From the human T2T-CHM13v2.0 reference genome, Homo sapiens: a stretch of DNA of 64,000 nucleotides. Where the stretch lies: NCBI RefSeq assembly GCF_009914755.1, contig NC_060940.1; one strand, given 5' to 3'. The notes beneath the pieces are model-generated. The model saw only the letters and a program-made list of their open reading frames with translations. It made no database searches and had not been told where the DNA came from. The translations under genes and the position numbers were made by a program. Each line of letters begins with the position of its first letter. Within the stretch, counting starts at the first letter, position 1. Positions 14,353-27,578 of the stretch are shown here, in pieces.

Positions 14353-16035
14353 GTTCTCATGAGGCTAAGTAAGAAGAAGTCAATTTAACTAAAACCGAGT
14401 AAGTAATGCTACAGGTGGCTCACAGGCATGGCAAAAATCTGAAATGTTGGAAGAAGGAGAAACATGGGGCTAGTCTTTAGTCTCATTTTTAGGCAGAAGT
14501 ATAGACTGATGTTCCCAATGACATTTGGAGAATGGTATTTTCCATGATTCATTCTTCTTTTCAATCTTCACTAGCAGGAAGCGGTGGCGTGAGCTGGGGA
14601 GGGGAAGTAAAGGCGTCCTTAATCGTGTCTCCACCTGCCTTCCAAGATGCTGCCTTCGATTTTGTTTTGAGTAAGGGATGATAAGCCATCCTCTTAGAGA
14701 GCATCAGCTCATTCCTTTCATAGCCAAGCTCATCAGCATTTCTGGTGATTGTGTATTGTGGTATCTGCAAACAAGTGATGTATATTCTGCAGGCTTTTCA
14801 ACCAGGATATTTGTAAGATACATGTTAAAAAGATGGGTCTTGGTTTGCTTCCAAGTCACAAAAATGTGAATCCTCTTTAAAAATGGTATTTGCACCTAAA
14901 GCTGACCTATGGAATGGAGTGGAGGTGGGCAGGTGGTAACCAGGAGGTGGCAAGGGGAGGAAGAGCCAGATGGGGGGAGGTGGTAGTAGTATTTTTTATA
15001 TTACAGGAAGATGTTTTGCCTTACAAAAGGATTAATCACAGGGTTCCTTTTAAGCAGAAAGTTTCATGCATTTTAAAAGATGATTTGATTTACAAGAAAC
15101 TTTTCAGGAACACAGCTGCTGGGCAAAGCAAGCTATTTACACTGACTTGAAATCCATTTTATGAGCCAGGAGTCTGGGGTGTCAGGGGGAGTGATAAAAC
15201 TCCTTTAGGTTTTAATTGACAAGTGATATTGACTAGCACAGTTAGGAGCCCAGGTATTGGGCCTGGTCCAGCGTGTTCCCATAGTAAATATGCGTGAATG
15301 TGCTGAGTGCTTGAGTATTGATTCATTTATTTACCTGTTTGGCTGTTGCTGTGAAAGGCTTTGTATTTTGCAGCTTTGGAGCCAAGCTGCCTTTCACAGA
15401 AGGCTGTGTTAGAATGTACTAGATTGTTCAGCATGAATCATCTGGCTCGATGGCCTATGGGGAGGGAGCTTGGCCTCGTACATCACTGCAAGACAGAGAC
15501 TCAAAGACATCTGTGGAGGGGAGGCACACAGGGGGTTAGGGAGCCACAGGAATGAGGAGATGAGATCTTTTTCTCAAAAACAAGCCTTAGGGTTGCTTTA
15601 AAGCCCCCTTTTCCCTTTTATTCAGACTGCTAATAGCTACCTCCCTCCCAATTGTCCCACCCCATTGAGTCTTTATTATCTCCTCTCTCTTGCAGAAATT
15701 CCACCGGAGCCCCAGGGTCCTTAAGTGATTCCCCATTTCCCTGCTCCCTGCTGCAGAGACACAATAACAAAGCATCAGGTTGAGAGCCTCCAGAAAGAGA
15801 GACCCTCCTACTGCTGAGCCTCAAATCTCTACCAGGCAAAGAAAACAACAACAGGCTTTTGTGCCACAGGTTCTAAGACCCACCCTGAACACCATCCTTG
15901 AGCCAGCAAAGTAAGGGTATCATACATAGAAAAGAGCTGCTTTTCCTCATAGGGTAAAGATGTTAGAAGCTCAATCATTGCCAATGGCAGATGTTTACTG
16001 AGTGTCAGAAAGAGAGGTGGGCATTTTTTGGGCAT

Positions 16036-16490
16036 TGTAGTAGTGGAGTAGTACCCCCACTGAGTCCAAGCCCAGGGAGGGCACCGTGTCTGAGAGGCTG
16101 AAGAAAAGACCCAGAGACAGCGAGCAAGACATAAGTTTTATTGGGCAACTTAAACGTACAGGGAGTCCAGGAGTGGCTGGATGAATGGGGTAACCACTAT
16201 GGTTTCTAAAAAGCACCCAGTTAATATAGCAATCTTTGCTTAGCAACCTCCACCTGGCCACCTCTTCCTGGCGACCTCTACCTGGCCACCTCCACCTAGC
16301 TCAAAACAAAGGGCCTTGGTTCCCCGCACATGCTGTTCCAAGAAATGGGCCAGGGGTTCACCTATGCTCCATAGATAAGGAGTAAACCTCTGGGTTGGCA
16401 GCTCCCAGATTCCTTAGTTCAGAGCTCAGAACCAACATTCTTGGACTACAGGATCATTCTCAGCTATACCTGAGTTATTGTCAGGCACAC
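16036..16490 (-). mobile_element. ERV solo LTR, subfamily uncertain, with 13-bp tandem repeats at ~16247-16299
   Basis: Antisense AATAAA ('ttttattg' ~16137) in LTR-like context; (cctccacctggca)-like repeats. Confidence 0.5.
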
Positions 16491-17589
16491 CTGTCATATG
16501 GTAGTTTGCACATAAGGAAAAAAACCCATGGAGATGGACTTTGGGTAGCTTACAATCTAAAAGGAGAGAAGGACAGAAAGCATGCCTGTTACTGTGCCTA
16601 GAGGGCTGTGGAACTGCTCTGATGACACCTGCTTCCCCTCCTTGGCCCATGTGACTCCCTTTCACCCAATGACACATGAAAAGCCTGATACGTTGTGTGC
16701 TTTGCTGGGCTTTCTCCTTTCCTTCCGGCAATGTCCAGGGGCTCTGTTCACTGGGCCCTGGAAGAGAACAACAAAGAGGACAGTGTCAATGACGATGCAG
16801 GCACAAAGCCCCCAGCTCATCTGTGGTTCCTATATCGTGTAAGCAAGAGATAAACCTCTGTAGTTTTAAGCCCCAAGATTTTAGTGATGTTTGCTACCAC
16901 AGCATACACTAGCCCCTGACTGATAAATTTCGGATCAGTTCTGAGTTGCTGCAGAGATTAACCTTAAATTGATCTTAGCTGACCAATGTTAACTTATCTT
17001 CATTTTAGAGTATCTGAAAAATACTTAGAAAATCAATATAAAAACATAGAATTTGGGGGAATGAAAGAACCTTTGAAATTTGTCCAACCTAGGCATTCTA
17101 CTATTGACATTCTGCTGTATTTTCTTGTTCACATACATCTCCACCTGTCATCCCTCTGTTCTTCCATTAATCTACCTTGGATTGTGCATTTCAAATATGT
17201 TCCCATTGTAGCATTTAAAAATGATTATAATTCATATTACTGATTTTGGCCTGGGTTAGACAGTTGTTACTTACTGTTGATTTCATTAGTTGTAAAGCTC
17301 AAATGAGATGAGTATTTGAAAAGTTAAAAACAGCTCTCAAATATGATTATCTGATGAGTGTTTATTGAGAATGTTAGTGACTGGCAGTTTTTTGTAAGAG
17401 CTTGAGTCTGGACACAAAGATCAGTCACTGTCCTTGGATTGGACTTATATGGGCACTTCACTTTAGTGGCAAAGTTTAGGTTTCATTTTACCGATAACAG
17501 TAATTTTAATATAGCTGTCAAGATCACCAGTGACAATCATTATAATAGACATATTCACAGACACAAGGGTTCATGGACCTCAGCACAGT

Positions 17590-17725
17590 TGCTTGTGCCT
17601 GTGGGAAAATCACTTGAGCTCAGGAGTTGGAGGCTGCAGGGAGCTATGATCACGCCACTGCACTCCAGCCGGGGCGACAGAGTGAGACCCTGTTCCCCTG
17701 CACCCCCGCCCCCTGCCAAAAAAAA
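17590..17725 (+). mobile_element. Alu right-monomer fragment
   Basis: 'atcacttgagctcaggagttggaggctgcag...ccactgcactccagcc'. Confidence 0.8.
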
Positions 17726-18585
17726 ACCCACAAAACTCTTTAATTTGCCTCTTAGTTCTCTCCAGACCTCCAAGGCATTTAATCTTAAGTCGTAGAGTAG
17801 ATACATACTTTCTAGAACAGCTGTTCTCACACACACAATCTCCCATTAGCATGAATACAGCTAACATGACGTGCAACAGAGACGGAAAAATGTAGTTTTG
17901 AAAAAGATGACATGGGATGGAGTGAGCTCTCCCCTGCTCTGAGTCCTCAAATGCCTTTTGTGCTTTTAGAACCAGTTTTGGGGAAGTGAGGAGAAAAACT
18001 CTGTCTGCCAGGGCTGAAGAGCACAGGCAGCCTCAGAACCAAGGGGCAGAAGAGATGTCATGCTGGTCGGTAGTATCCATGGCAACTCGAGTGTCTGGTG
18101 GAGTTAATCACCCCGTTTTTCAGATCTCTGCTGCTCTCCTTTGATAGGGGAAAAGGGCCGGGCTTGGCTCCTTTTTCATTTTCATGAATGCCCCAGTTGA
18201 TGCATCGTGTCAGAGGCACCAGACCCTTCTGACTCAATGGGACGAGTCAGGCCTGAATGGGACCGGGCATCTGTGAGGGCTTTGGGCAGCCTGTGGGGTT
18301 TCCCACGAGACACAGAGCAGTGTTTGCTGCAGACAGCCTCCTCCTAACAGAAAGAAAACTATCTCCTCTTGCTACACCTCACATCAAGTTTGCCTTGGTG
18401 TTGCCGCATCTCCTCACCCCATCTTCCTTTCTTGGCATCTAAGTTGATGGCCATGAAATGCTCTGAGAGGTTTAGGCTCTGGGGTTGGACGATCTATACT
18501 GAAATTCCAGCTTGGCTGCTCAAAACTTATTTATTCTTCTTGTGCTCAGTTTCCTCACCTCTGAAAATACATTTTTTTCATTAAA

Positions 18586-18716
18586 CACTTTTTTTTGGAG
18601 AGGTAGGGTCTTGCTGTGTTGCCCAGGCTGGTCTCAAACTCCTGGCCTGAAGTGATCCTCCTTCCTGGACCTCCCCAAATGCTAGGATTATAGTTGTGAA
18701 CCACCATGCCCTGCCC
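18586..18716 (-). mobile_element. FLAM / Alu left monomer
   Basis: 'gttgcccaggctggtctcaaactcctggcc...gctaggattatag'. Confidence 0.8.
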
Positions 18717-19587
18717 AGTTTCCTCATCTCTAAAAATCACAGGAGTGCCAACCGGTTAAGACAAGCTGTGTTTAGAACGGCACCTGGGGTGTGTTTTAAT
18801 GGTGCTGCACGTGCTGCTGCTAAGGGGTTCACTGAGGGCTGAGGCATGCCTGTGGTGGGGGGTGGCGAGGGCAGGGCTATGATCAATGCTGGGTGGTAGG
18901 TGAGGTTGACATAGGAAGATGAACCGATGATTCTGTGACTGGAAATAGCTCAAGCTTATCAATTCCTCCCTAATTCTGCCCCAGCCTGCAAACCCCGCTC
19001 ATTTTCCAGGCTTCCCCATCTCAGCAAATGACAAAAATTGGGCTTCTGCTGTGATTATAGTTCTAGGCACTTGGATCAGTTAACGGAACAGTCAAAACAT
19101 CCTCACCTCCATGAACCTAGAAGGGGAAGACAAGAAGAAAAACATAGCAAACAAGTAACGTACATAGGATTGTCAATGTTCTCCAGGCAAGGGCCACCAG
19201 GAGCACAGGTGCCGCTGCACGCTGCAATGACTGCAATGAGGGAGGCAGCCTCAGGTCCCCTGGTATGTGATCTCCTTCACTGCAACAGTGAGACCCTGTC
19301 CTCTCCACCCCCCCAACCCCCCCCCCAAAAAAAACAACCCAGCTGCGTATGTGTTCCTGGTGGGTTTTGGCTAGAGGGCATGGACAATATGTTAGGAGAT
19401 AAGGGTTATAGAAAAAGCAAAGCAAGATACAAAAAAGGGGGAGATTAGGAGTACCGTGGGGAGCAATTTTGAGTAAAAAGTAGGTGGTCATCGTAAGTCT
19501 CCCTGGGAAGGTAAAATCTGAGCAAAGATGTAAAGGTGATGAGGGAAGAAGAGAGAGCATTCCTTCTAGAGGCTCAGCCAGGGTGGA

Positions 19588-20266
19588 GCTGAATGGAGTC
19601 TTCCTACCTGGTGCAGTAAAGCCAAACGTCCACACTCAGGGTTTGCAGTGAGAGAAAGAGGGGCATTCATTTGCAAGACGCCAAGCAAGGATAATCAGGC
19701 AGCTCACACTTAAGACCTGACCTCCCTGATGGCTTGCATGCAAGGGTTTTTTCAGGCAGGGAAAAATTTCAGGAAAGCAGAAGTTACAGGTAAAATCATA
19801 AATCAGCACATGGGGGTTACACATTGGTGTGGCCTAAAAAGGTGGGATATCTGAAGTCATGGGGCTAAAAGGTCATAGGTGGGTTCAGACTCTGATTTGT
19901 GATTGGTTAAGGAAGCGAAGTTTTTTCTAAAATCTTGGGGTCGGCAGAAAGGAATGGTAAGATCTGACCCGTGGGCGTGACTTCCTCCAGGCCCCTCAGG
20001 AAGAAATTGAGAACAAAGATCAGGTGGTCAGAGCTTTGTCTTGGTTTCCCCTGGTCTGAGGTCTGTGTGCCAGCGGATCCATTTGGTGGGGATCTATCTG
20101 CATTTCTCCTCACTTCTCAGGTGGCTCCTTTACTCCTCAAGGCTAGCTGGGTGCCTGGACTCTCCCGTGAAAGAACTAAATATTTTTCCTTTATTTTCAT
20201 ACTTGGGCAGTGAGGGTGGGGGTGAGGGGTGCAGCAGGCCCTAAGAGGGGTCCCTGTTCCATCTCA
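19588..20266 (-). mobile_element. MER66-like ERV1 solo LTR inserted in an L2 relic
   Basis: Reverse complement begins 'tgagatggaacagggacccctcttagggcctgc'; L2-like sequence on both sides. Confidence 0.65.
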
Positions 20267-20889
20267 GCCCTAAGCGGGAAGCCTGTCATTCCAGGAACAG
20301 CCAGGCCACTGTGGCTGGGGTCATCTCATTTAGTGGGGTGGTGAGTGGGGTTGCCTAAAATGAGCAGGGAGGTAATGGCCGGGTCACTCAGGGCCTTGTG
20401 AAAACTTCGGCTTTTATGCAGAGGTAAACAGGGAGCCATTGAAGGGTGCTGAGCAGAGGCGCGGTGTGATCCGATGGACGTTTTAACAGGATTGCTTTGC
20501 CTACAGAGTTGAGAGAAACTGTGGCGGGCCAAAGGACCAGCTGGGAGGTTACTGCATGGAACCTCCTGTCTCTCTTCATTTCCTCCCCCTCACAGCTGCC
20601 CAGGGCCCTCGGAATGAAAAACAAACCCCTTCACGCGGTGGGTGAGGTCCCGCCTGACCTGGCCCCATCTAAGCCCACGCTATTCTTTGTCCTCCTTTCT
20701 CTCCTGTCCCCAAGGCACGTTGTTCGTGCAGCCACACTGAATTTGTTTTGTAAACACATGGAGATGGCACATCCTCCCGGAACTCCCAAATCCAGTATTA
20801 TCCCTGGGACATGCTGCCATCCTTCCGAAAACACCGCGGCCACCTTTCCATTGTGTGGTATATGGTCACTTATTCTCTTCACTTCCCCA

Positions 20890-21997
20890 ACCCCAGCACA
20901 CAAACGCACACACACACACAACCCCAGCACACACACCTCCAAGACACACACACAACCCCAACACACACACAACCCAACACACACCTCCAACACACACACA
21001 CACCTCCAACGCACATACACAAACACAACACACACAACCCCAACACACACCTCCAACGTGCACACACACAACCCCAACACACGCACCTCCAACGCACACA
21101 CACCTCCAACCCGCATAAACAACTCCAACACACACACCTCCAACGCGCACAAACACAACCCTGACACACACCTCCAACGCACACACACAACCCCAACACA
21201 CACACACCTCCAATGCACACACACACAACTCCAACGCACACACCTCCAACGCACACACACAACCCCAACACACACACACCTCCAATGCGCACACACACAA
21301 CCCCAACACACGCACCTCCAGTGCACACATGCACAACCCCAACACACACACACAACCCCAACACATGCACCTCCAACGCACACAATCCCAACACACACAC
21401 CTCCAACGCACACACACCACCCCAACGCACACACCCCTCCAATGCACACACACACAACCCCAATACACATGCACCCCCCAACACACACACACAGAATCCC
21501 AACACACACACACTCAGCACACACACACCACCTTAACGTACACATGCCTCCAGTGCACACACACGCACAGCCCCAACACATACACACAACTCCAACACAC
21601 ACACACCTCCAGCACACACATACATCCAGCACACACACAACCCCAACACACGCAATCTTGACACACACATCCCAAAACACACACAACCTCAACACAAACC
21701 CAACATACACACACCACACACATACCCAACACACACACACACAACCATAACACACATACACATCCCAACACACACCACATACACCACACAGAATCCCAAC
21801 ATACACACAAACAAGCCCAGCACAATCTCAACACACACATACCCAGCACACACACACAACACACATGCACACCTCCAACAGAATTCCAACACACACACAC
21901 CCAGCACACACATACCCAGCACACACACATCCAACACACACACACAACCCCAACATACACACACACAGAATTTCAACACAGACACACACACACACCC
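20890..21997. repeat. ~1.1-kb degenerate (CA)-rich minisatellite
   Basis: Recurring 'cacacacacaaccccaacacacacacctccaacg' units. Confidence 0.95.
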
Positions 21998-24167
21998 CTG
22001 ACTGTAACTCTCTACAGTCTGCCTTGTTGAGTGTTGTAACTTAGTGCCAAGCACTATGCCTGGGGTATAATAGATGCTCACTAATTATTTTTAACTAATG
22101 AATGCATACAAGGCACCAGGCCAGCACTTTACACACTATTTCTAAATTTCACAAAAAACTTGGGAGACTTGTACATGATCCTTATGCTACAAAGGATGAG
22201 ATGGATGCTGAGAGGCCTTGTCTGCAGTCAGTCATCAACCTCTGTGAGCTTCAGGCTCTTCCTTGGAGAGTCAGGATAGGGATGTCAACCTTCAAAGTGG
22301 GGCTGGAGGAAGCACCAGATGTGCTGGGCACATGGTTGTTTCTTCCCTGCCCTCCCTTCGTGTACCTTACTGGCCCCAGCCCAAGGAGGGCAACACAGAA
22401 CTCTGGGACCCAGAATCAGCTGGGGACAATCCCCTGTTCTGAGAGGAGGCTGGCTCAGGAGCAGCCAGGGTGGCAGGTGTTAAAGATGGTGGGAGGAGCA
22501 GCGAGAGGCCCTGACCCCTGCAGGATGGGTCAAGATGCCCACCAGGGTGGTGGAGGATACAATCACATTCATGGGGAGCACGAGGTATGCCTGAGTCTGG
22601 AGCACAGCTTCCCAGCCCCAGGCCCACTTGGAGGTCCCTAGGGCCCAGTGGGCACTAGTGCACCTCTGGACCCATGAGCTTCTGTGTGTGTTGGGGTTGT
22701 GTGTGTGTGTGCGCGTGTTCAGAGGCCCCAGTGGGCTGGTGAGGCCGCTGCAGAATCCAGTCCAGCTGGTCTTTTATCTTGCCTGTTCTCCATTATGTGA
22801 CCTCCTGACATACTGCCTCTGCGGGCAGGGCTACCCAAACACTAGGTGGACATTCTGCCTGTAGCTTTTCCCATGCTTATCGCTCACCTTGGCAAATCCC
22901 TTCCCCACAGTGCTCCACTCTACCAATAATAATCCACCCTACATGTGAAGAAACTTTGATATTTAAAACCCTACTCCTCCTTTAAGGCTGGGGCCTCTTT
23001 CTCATTTCCCCTTCTCCACCCAGGGGAGCTCATTGCTCCTCTCTCTGCATGCTCATCGCCTCTTTTTTGTGCTGTTTCACACTGCATTTGTGCTGCTCAC
23101 TCAGCAGGTAAAGTCAATGAGTAAGGCAGCCTTGGTGTAAGGCAATAAGGAATGAAAGGGACTAGGGCAAACCGGAGAGCACACGCCCCACCCCAAAGCA
23201 GCAGCCAGTCATCTTGTCAGTTCCTACTGACCTTTGCCATGTAAGAATCTGGCCTCAATGCTGCCACATTTGATATATTTAGAAGAAACCGGAAACATGG
23301 CTTTGAATGTGAAATACTAGTCCTATCTTTTCAGTATTGGTAACAAATCCAATTCAGAAAAAAATATAGGGACCAAGCAAACTTGGTCTGTGACCCCCTT
23401 TTTATTTTTATCTTACCTAGATGGTAGACTTTTTGAGAGTGAGTCAAACAGGTAGGGCAGAAGTTGCAAATGATGACTTATTCCTCTTTGGAAAGGTTCT
23501 ACTACCCAGAATTACCAGATGAGCCATGTGTCTCTCAAGAGACCAGGGTCCTACTATTTATTACCAGGTGGGTTTCCAGAAGGGGTCCATATGGGGCTTG
23601 AGGAAGCTAGTGCCTGGAGTGCTGAAATGTCCCAGGAATCTTCCAGTCATAACCTGTGACTGCACAGAGCAGTGCCTAATTAATGTCTATGGAATGAATG
23701 CACATTTTATGAGACAGCTCACTTATTCTGCAGCTGCAGGGAGATGGGCCATTTTGGCACTCTGATAGGGAGTCCTGGAGAACTGAGCCAAAATTTTAGT
23801 TTCTCCATTTGGGGGATGTGAACTTGGGCAAGTTATTTAACGTCTCTAATCCTGTTCCGTCACTTGAAAAATGGGGATAGTAAATAGATATCTTTCATTT
23901 TGTTGTGAGATGAGCGATAATATAGTTAAAGACTTGGCACATAGTAGTCAATAACAGCTATTAACATGGGGATCATGTAAGGATATACCCCTAGCCACAG
24001 AGGTTGGGTCCTGGATAGGCATGAGACACGGGTAGGGCCACTCAGAGACATGGCCATCCTTTGCTAAGATTTTTGCTGGAAATATTAGTAAAGCAAACCT
24101 CACTCTCCTGGGGAGGCTAAACTGGTAAGATGTAGGTAAGATGTTAAGATGTAGGTAATAAAATCGT

Positions 24168-24372
24168 TATATATACACACATATATATATATGTCCAGCT
24201 ATACATATATATATATATGTCCAGCTATATATATATATGTCAGCTATATATATATATGTCAGCTATATATATATATGTCAGCTATATATATATATATCAG
24301 CTATTATATATATATATGTCAGCTATATATATATATATATGTCAGCTATATATATATATATATAGCTGGACA
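24168..24372. repeat. (TA)n-GTCAGC compound repeat
   Basis: Units of (at)n-gt(c)cagct. Confidence 0.95.
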
Positions 24373-24392
24373 ATGCGAGCTCAACAGAGTGA

Positions 24393-24666
24393 GATGGGGT
24401 CTCCCTTTGTTGCCCAGACTGGAGTACAGTGGTGCGATCATAGCTCACTGCAACCTGGAATGCCTGGGCTCAAGGCATTCTCCCATCTGCACCTCCTGAG
24501 TAGCTGGCACTACAGGCACACATCACCCATGACTGGCTAATTTATTTTTGTAGAGACAGGGTCTGGCCATCTTGCCCAGGCTGGTCTCAAACTCATGGCT
24601 CAAGCCATCCTTCCACCTTGGTCTCCCAAAGTGCTAGAATTATAGGCATGAACCCCCGCAGCTGGC
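24393..24666 (-). mobile_element. AluJ-like
   Basis: 'gttgcccagactggagtacagtggtgcgatcatagctcactgc'. Confidence 0.9.
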
Positions 24667-26382
24667 TGGAAATATTTTTTTGACATTTGGATCCTGCTGT
24701 GCCCGAAGCTGAACTACCCCCAAGTGTCTCTATCATGGGAATAGTATGTCTTCTTTCATGCTTAGGTCAATTTCAGGTGGGTTTCTATCATCTGTACCCA
24801 AGAGTCTTGACCACTATAAACCTCTCTAAAGGGAAACAGGGGACCAGTGAAGTACAATGAGTTGTTTCTAAATGCCTATACATGGTGGGGATTTGGAGGA
24901 GTGATTTCTGTGTCAGCCAGAGGTCTGCATCTGTACAGCTGATAATTTATGGATGGAATACAGTGGCTTTCAAAAGATTCCTATTTATCTCATGTGGAGG
25001 GTTAACTGTATGATAGTACCGCCTTCCTGGTCACAACAGGGAAGCAGAGGCAGGGGAAACAGTGTGTTTGTGGAAGCTTGAAGTGAAATTGTTTTTTACA
25101 AATTCCTGACTCCAAGACCTTAGGAAGCAGGAGCGTCTCTGTTTTACAAGATTGATATCAAAACCAGAAACAACAAAGGAGCTATGACAATTTGGCAATA
25201 AGGTTTGGCAGCCACCTGCTGCCCTTGGCATCTCAGATCACTCTGAAGGACCTGACTCAAGGTAGATGGGTGTCCTTGTCTGTCCTTAGTTGCTCTGATT
25301 CCTGATCAGCATGCAGAGTTTCACAAGCCATGACTCAAAGTCAGCCACGAGGGCACAGCAGCCATAACCCTAGCGTCTAGCACCTGGTACAAACCGATGG
25401 CATCTCCCAGGCATTTCTGAACCATTTTCACGTGCCTCTACTCTCCGGCCGTCTCCACACCACCCTGTGTTCTGCCAAAGGGAGCTAAAATGAGCCCTGT
25501 TTTACCAAACCACTCAAGCACGGCTGACACAGTGTGTTGCTGCAGAAGGATCGGGGTGGGTGGGAGTAGGGACAGTGCAGAGAGAAAGAAAGGAGTGCAT
25601 GCTACATCTCTCCCTCTCCAAGAGGACTTGGCAGAAAGCCCATGCATGTTTCAAGCTTGTTTTGACAGTTCCATGACAGGAGTCATAGGGCTGTAGCTGT
25701 AGAAAGCCCAAGAAACACATTTTTGTTATCCCATCAAAATCTTCCCGGGGAGCTACATTGTTGGGGCAAGTTATGTGTCATCACTGGCATCAAAAGAGAA
25801 AAAGAAATGAATGATCTGGCTCAGGTGCCAAGGCTCTCGTCCTGAGGAGGGAAATGACATTTATTGAGCCCCTGCAATAGCAACAACAAATTATTATTAT
25901 TGGGCACTTTGCATGTGCCAGGCACTGGGATAAAACACAGGCATGGACTCAGCAATCCCGATGACTGTCCTTGGATACAGGCTGTGCTAATTATCCCCCT
26001 TTTAAAGACCAGGCAATGGAGGCGCAGAGGGGCCAGGTGATGTGCCCGAGGCTGCATGGCAGTAAGTGGCGAAGGTGGGATTTGAACTGGTTTGCCTCTC
26101 CCAGAGTCCAAATCCTTCCTTGCAACGCAGAGCTGCTCTGACTGTAAGGAGTGTGGGGTCTCTCCTCAGAGTCCCAGATACTCAGGATCTCATTTAATCT
26201 TCGCAACAACCCTGAGGCATAGGGGTTTTTAGATCTGCTTTACAGATGAAGAAACTGAGGTCCAGGGAGGCTTAGTGATGCCCAAAGCCACACCTCCAGA
26301 AGCAGCAGGATCTGCAGGCACAGCTGGGTGTCCTGGCCCTGGGTCAAGCGACTTTCCTACTGACTTCCACCCACAAGGGCTG

Positions 26383-27156
26383 CATGATGGTTAATACTGA
26401 GTAACAACTTGATCAGATTGAAGGATGCAAAGTATTGTTTCTGGGTGTGTCTTCGAGGGTGTTGCCAAAGGAGATTAATATTTGAGTCAGTGGGCTAGGG
26501 AAGGCAGACCCACCCTTAATCTGGTGGGCACAATCTAATCAGCTGCCAACGAATATAAAGCAGGCAGAAAAATGTGAAAAGGCGAGACTGGCTTAGCCTC
26601 CAGCCCATATCTTTCTCCCGTGCTGGATGCTTCCTGCCCTCGAACATCAGACTCCAAGTTCTTCAGTTTTGGGACTCTGCCTGGCTCTCCTTGCTCTTCA
26701 AGCCTGCAGATGGCCTATTGTGGGACCTTGTGATCATGTAAGTTAATACTTGATAAACTCCCTTATATATATGGATATATACATATATGGATATATATAT
26801 GGATATATACATATATGGATATATATATGGATATATACATATATGGATATATATATATGGATATATACATATATGGATATATATGGATATATATGGATAT
26901 ATATGGATATATATGCATATATATATACACACATATATGTGTGTGGATATATATGATTATATATGTGTATATATACATACATATACATATGGATGTATAT
27001 GTATATATGGATATGTATATATGTGTCATCACTGGCATATGTATATACATATACACATATGTATATACATATATGTATATATGTATATATGGATGTATAC
27101 ATATATATGGATATATCCTATTAGTTCTGTCCCTCTAGGGAACCCTGACTAACACA
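26383..27156 (+). mobile_element. MLT2A (HERV-L) solo LTR containing an expanded AT-rich microsatellite (26765-27116)
   Basis: 'tgatggttaatactgag...gattgaaggatgcaaagtattg' start; ends 'ttagttctgtccctctagggaaccctgactaacaca'; near-TSD ggctg/ggcag. Confidence 0.9.
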
Positions 27157-27578
27157 GGCAGCCAAAAGGACCAGCCGAATTTATATATAGACAATCAGGA
27201 AGTCTGTATTTTTTCTTTTTCTGTCTGATTTTGATCCTTTTCTTAGTGCAGAAAGGTATAGCAGGCTCTTTTGTAGTCATGGTGTGCTGAGAAGGGCACT
27301 CTCTCAGTTGGGGGCTTTGCTTTCAAGCAATGGTAGCACATTTGAGCTCAACTGAGTAAGAGGGATTCATTGGAAGGATATGGGCTTTATTATTTTTTCA
27401 TTTAACAGCCATTTACTGAGCACCTAATATGTGCCAGGCACAATTCCAGGTGCTGAGATACTTCAGAGAACAAAACAAAGATCCTTGTGCATGTAGAACT
27501 TGGTTTCTTGTTCAGCAAGGGGGAGGGGAAGGGGAAGTGTGGGTGGACAGACAGTAAACAATAAAGAAAAAGCAAGTA

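Noticed and set aside
20497-21806. 417-aa and 391-aa ORFs on opposite strands
   Set aside because: They arise from a CA/TG repeat that lacks stop codons; low-complexity Thr/His or Val/Cys translation with no domain.
24168-24372. Repeat-spacer-like periodicity resembling a CRISPR array
   Set aside because: The 'spacers' are only (AT)n, the context is primate DNA, and there are no cas genes.
26663-27152. Multiple Tyr/Ile-rich ORFs
   Set aside because: Translations of the AT-rich microsatellite inside MLT2A.
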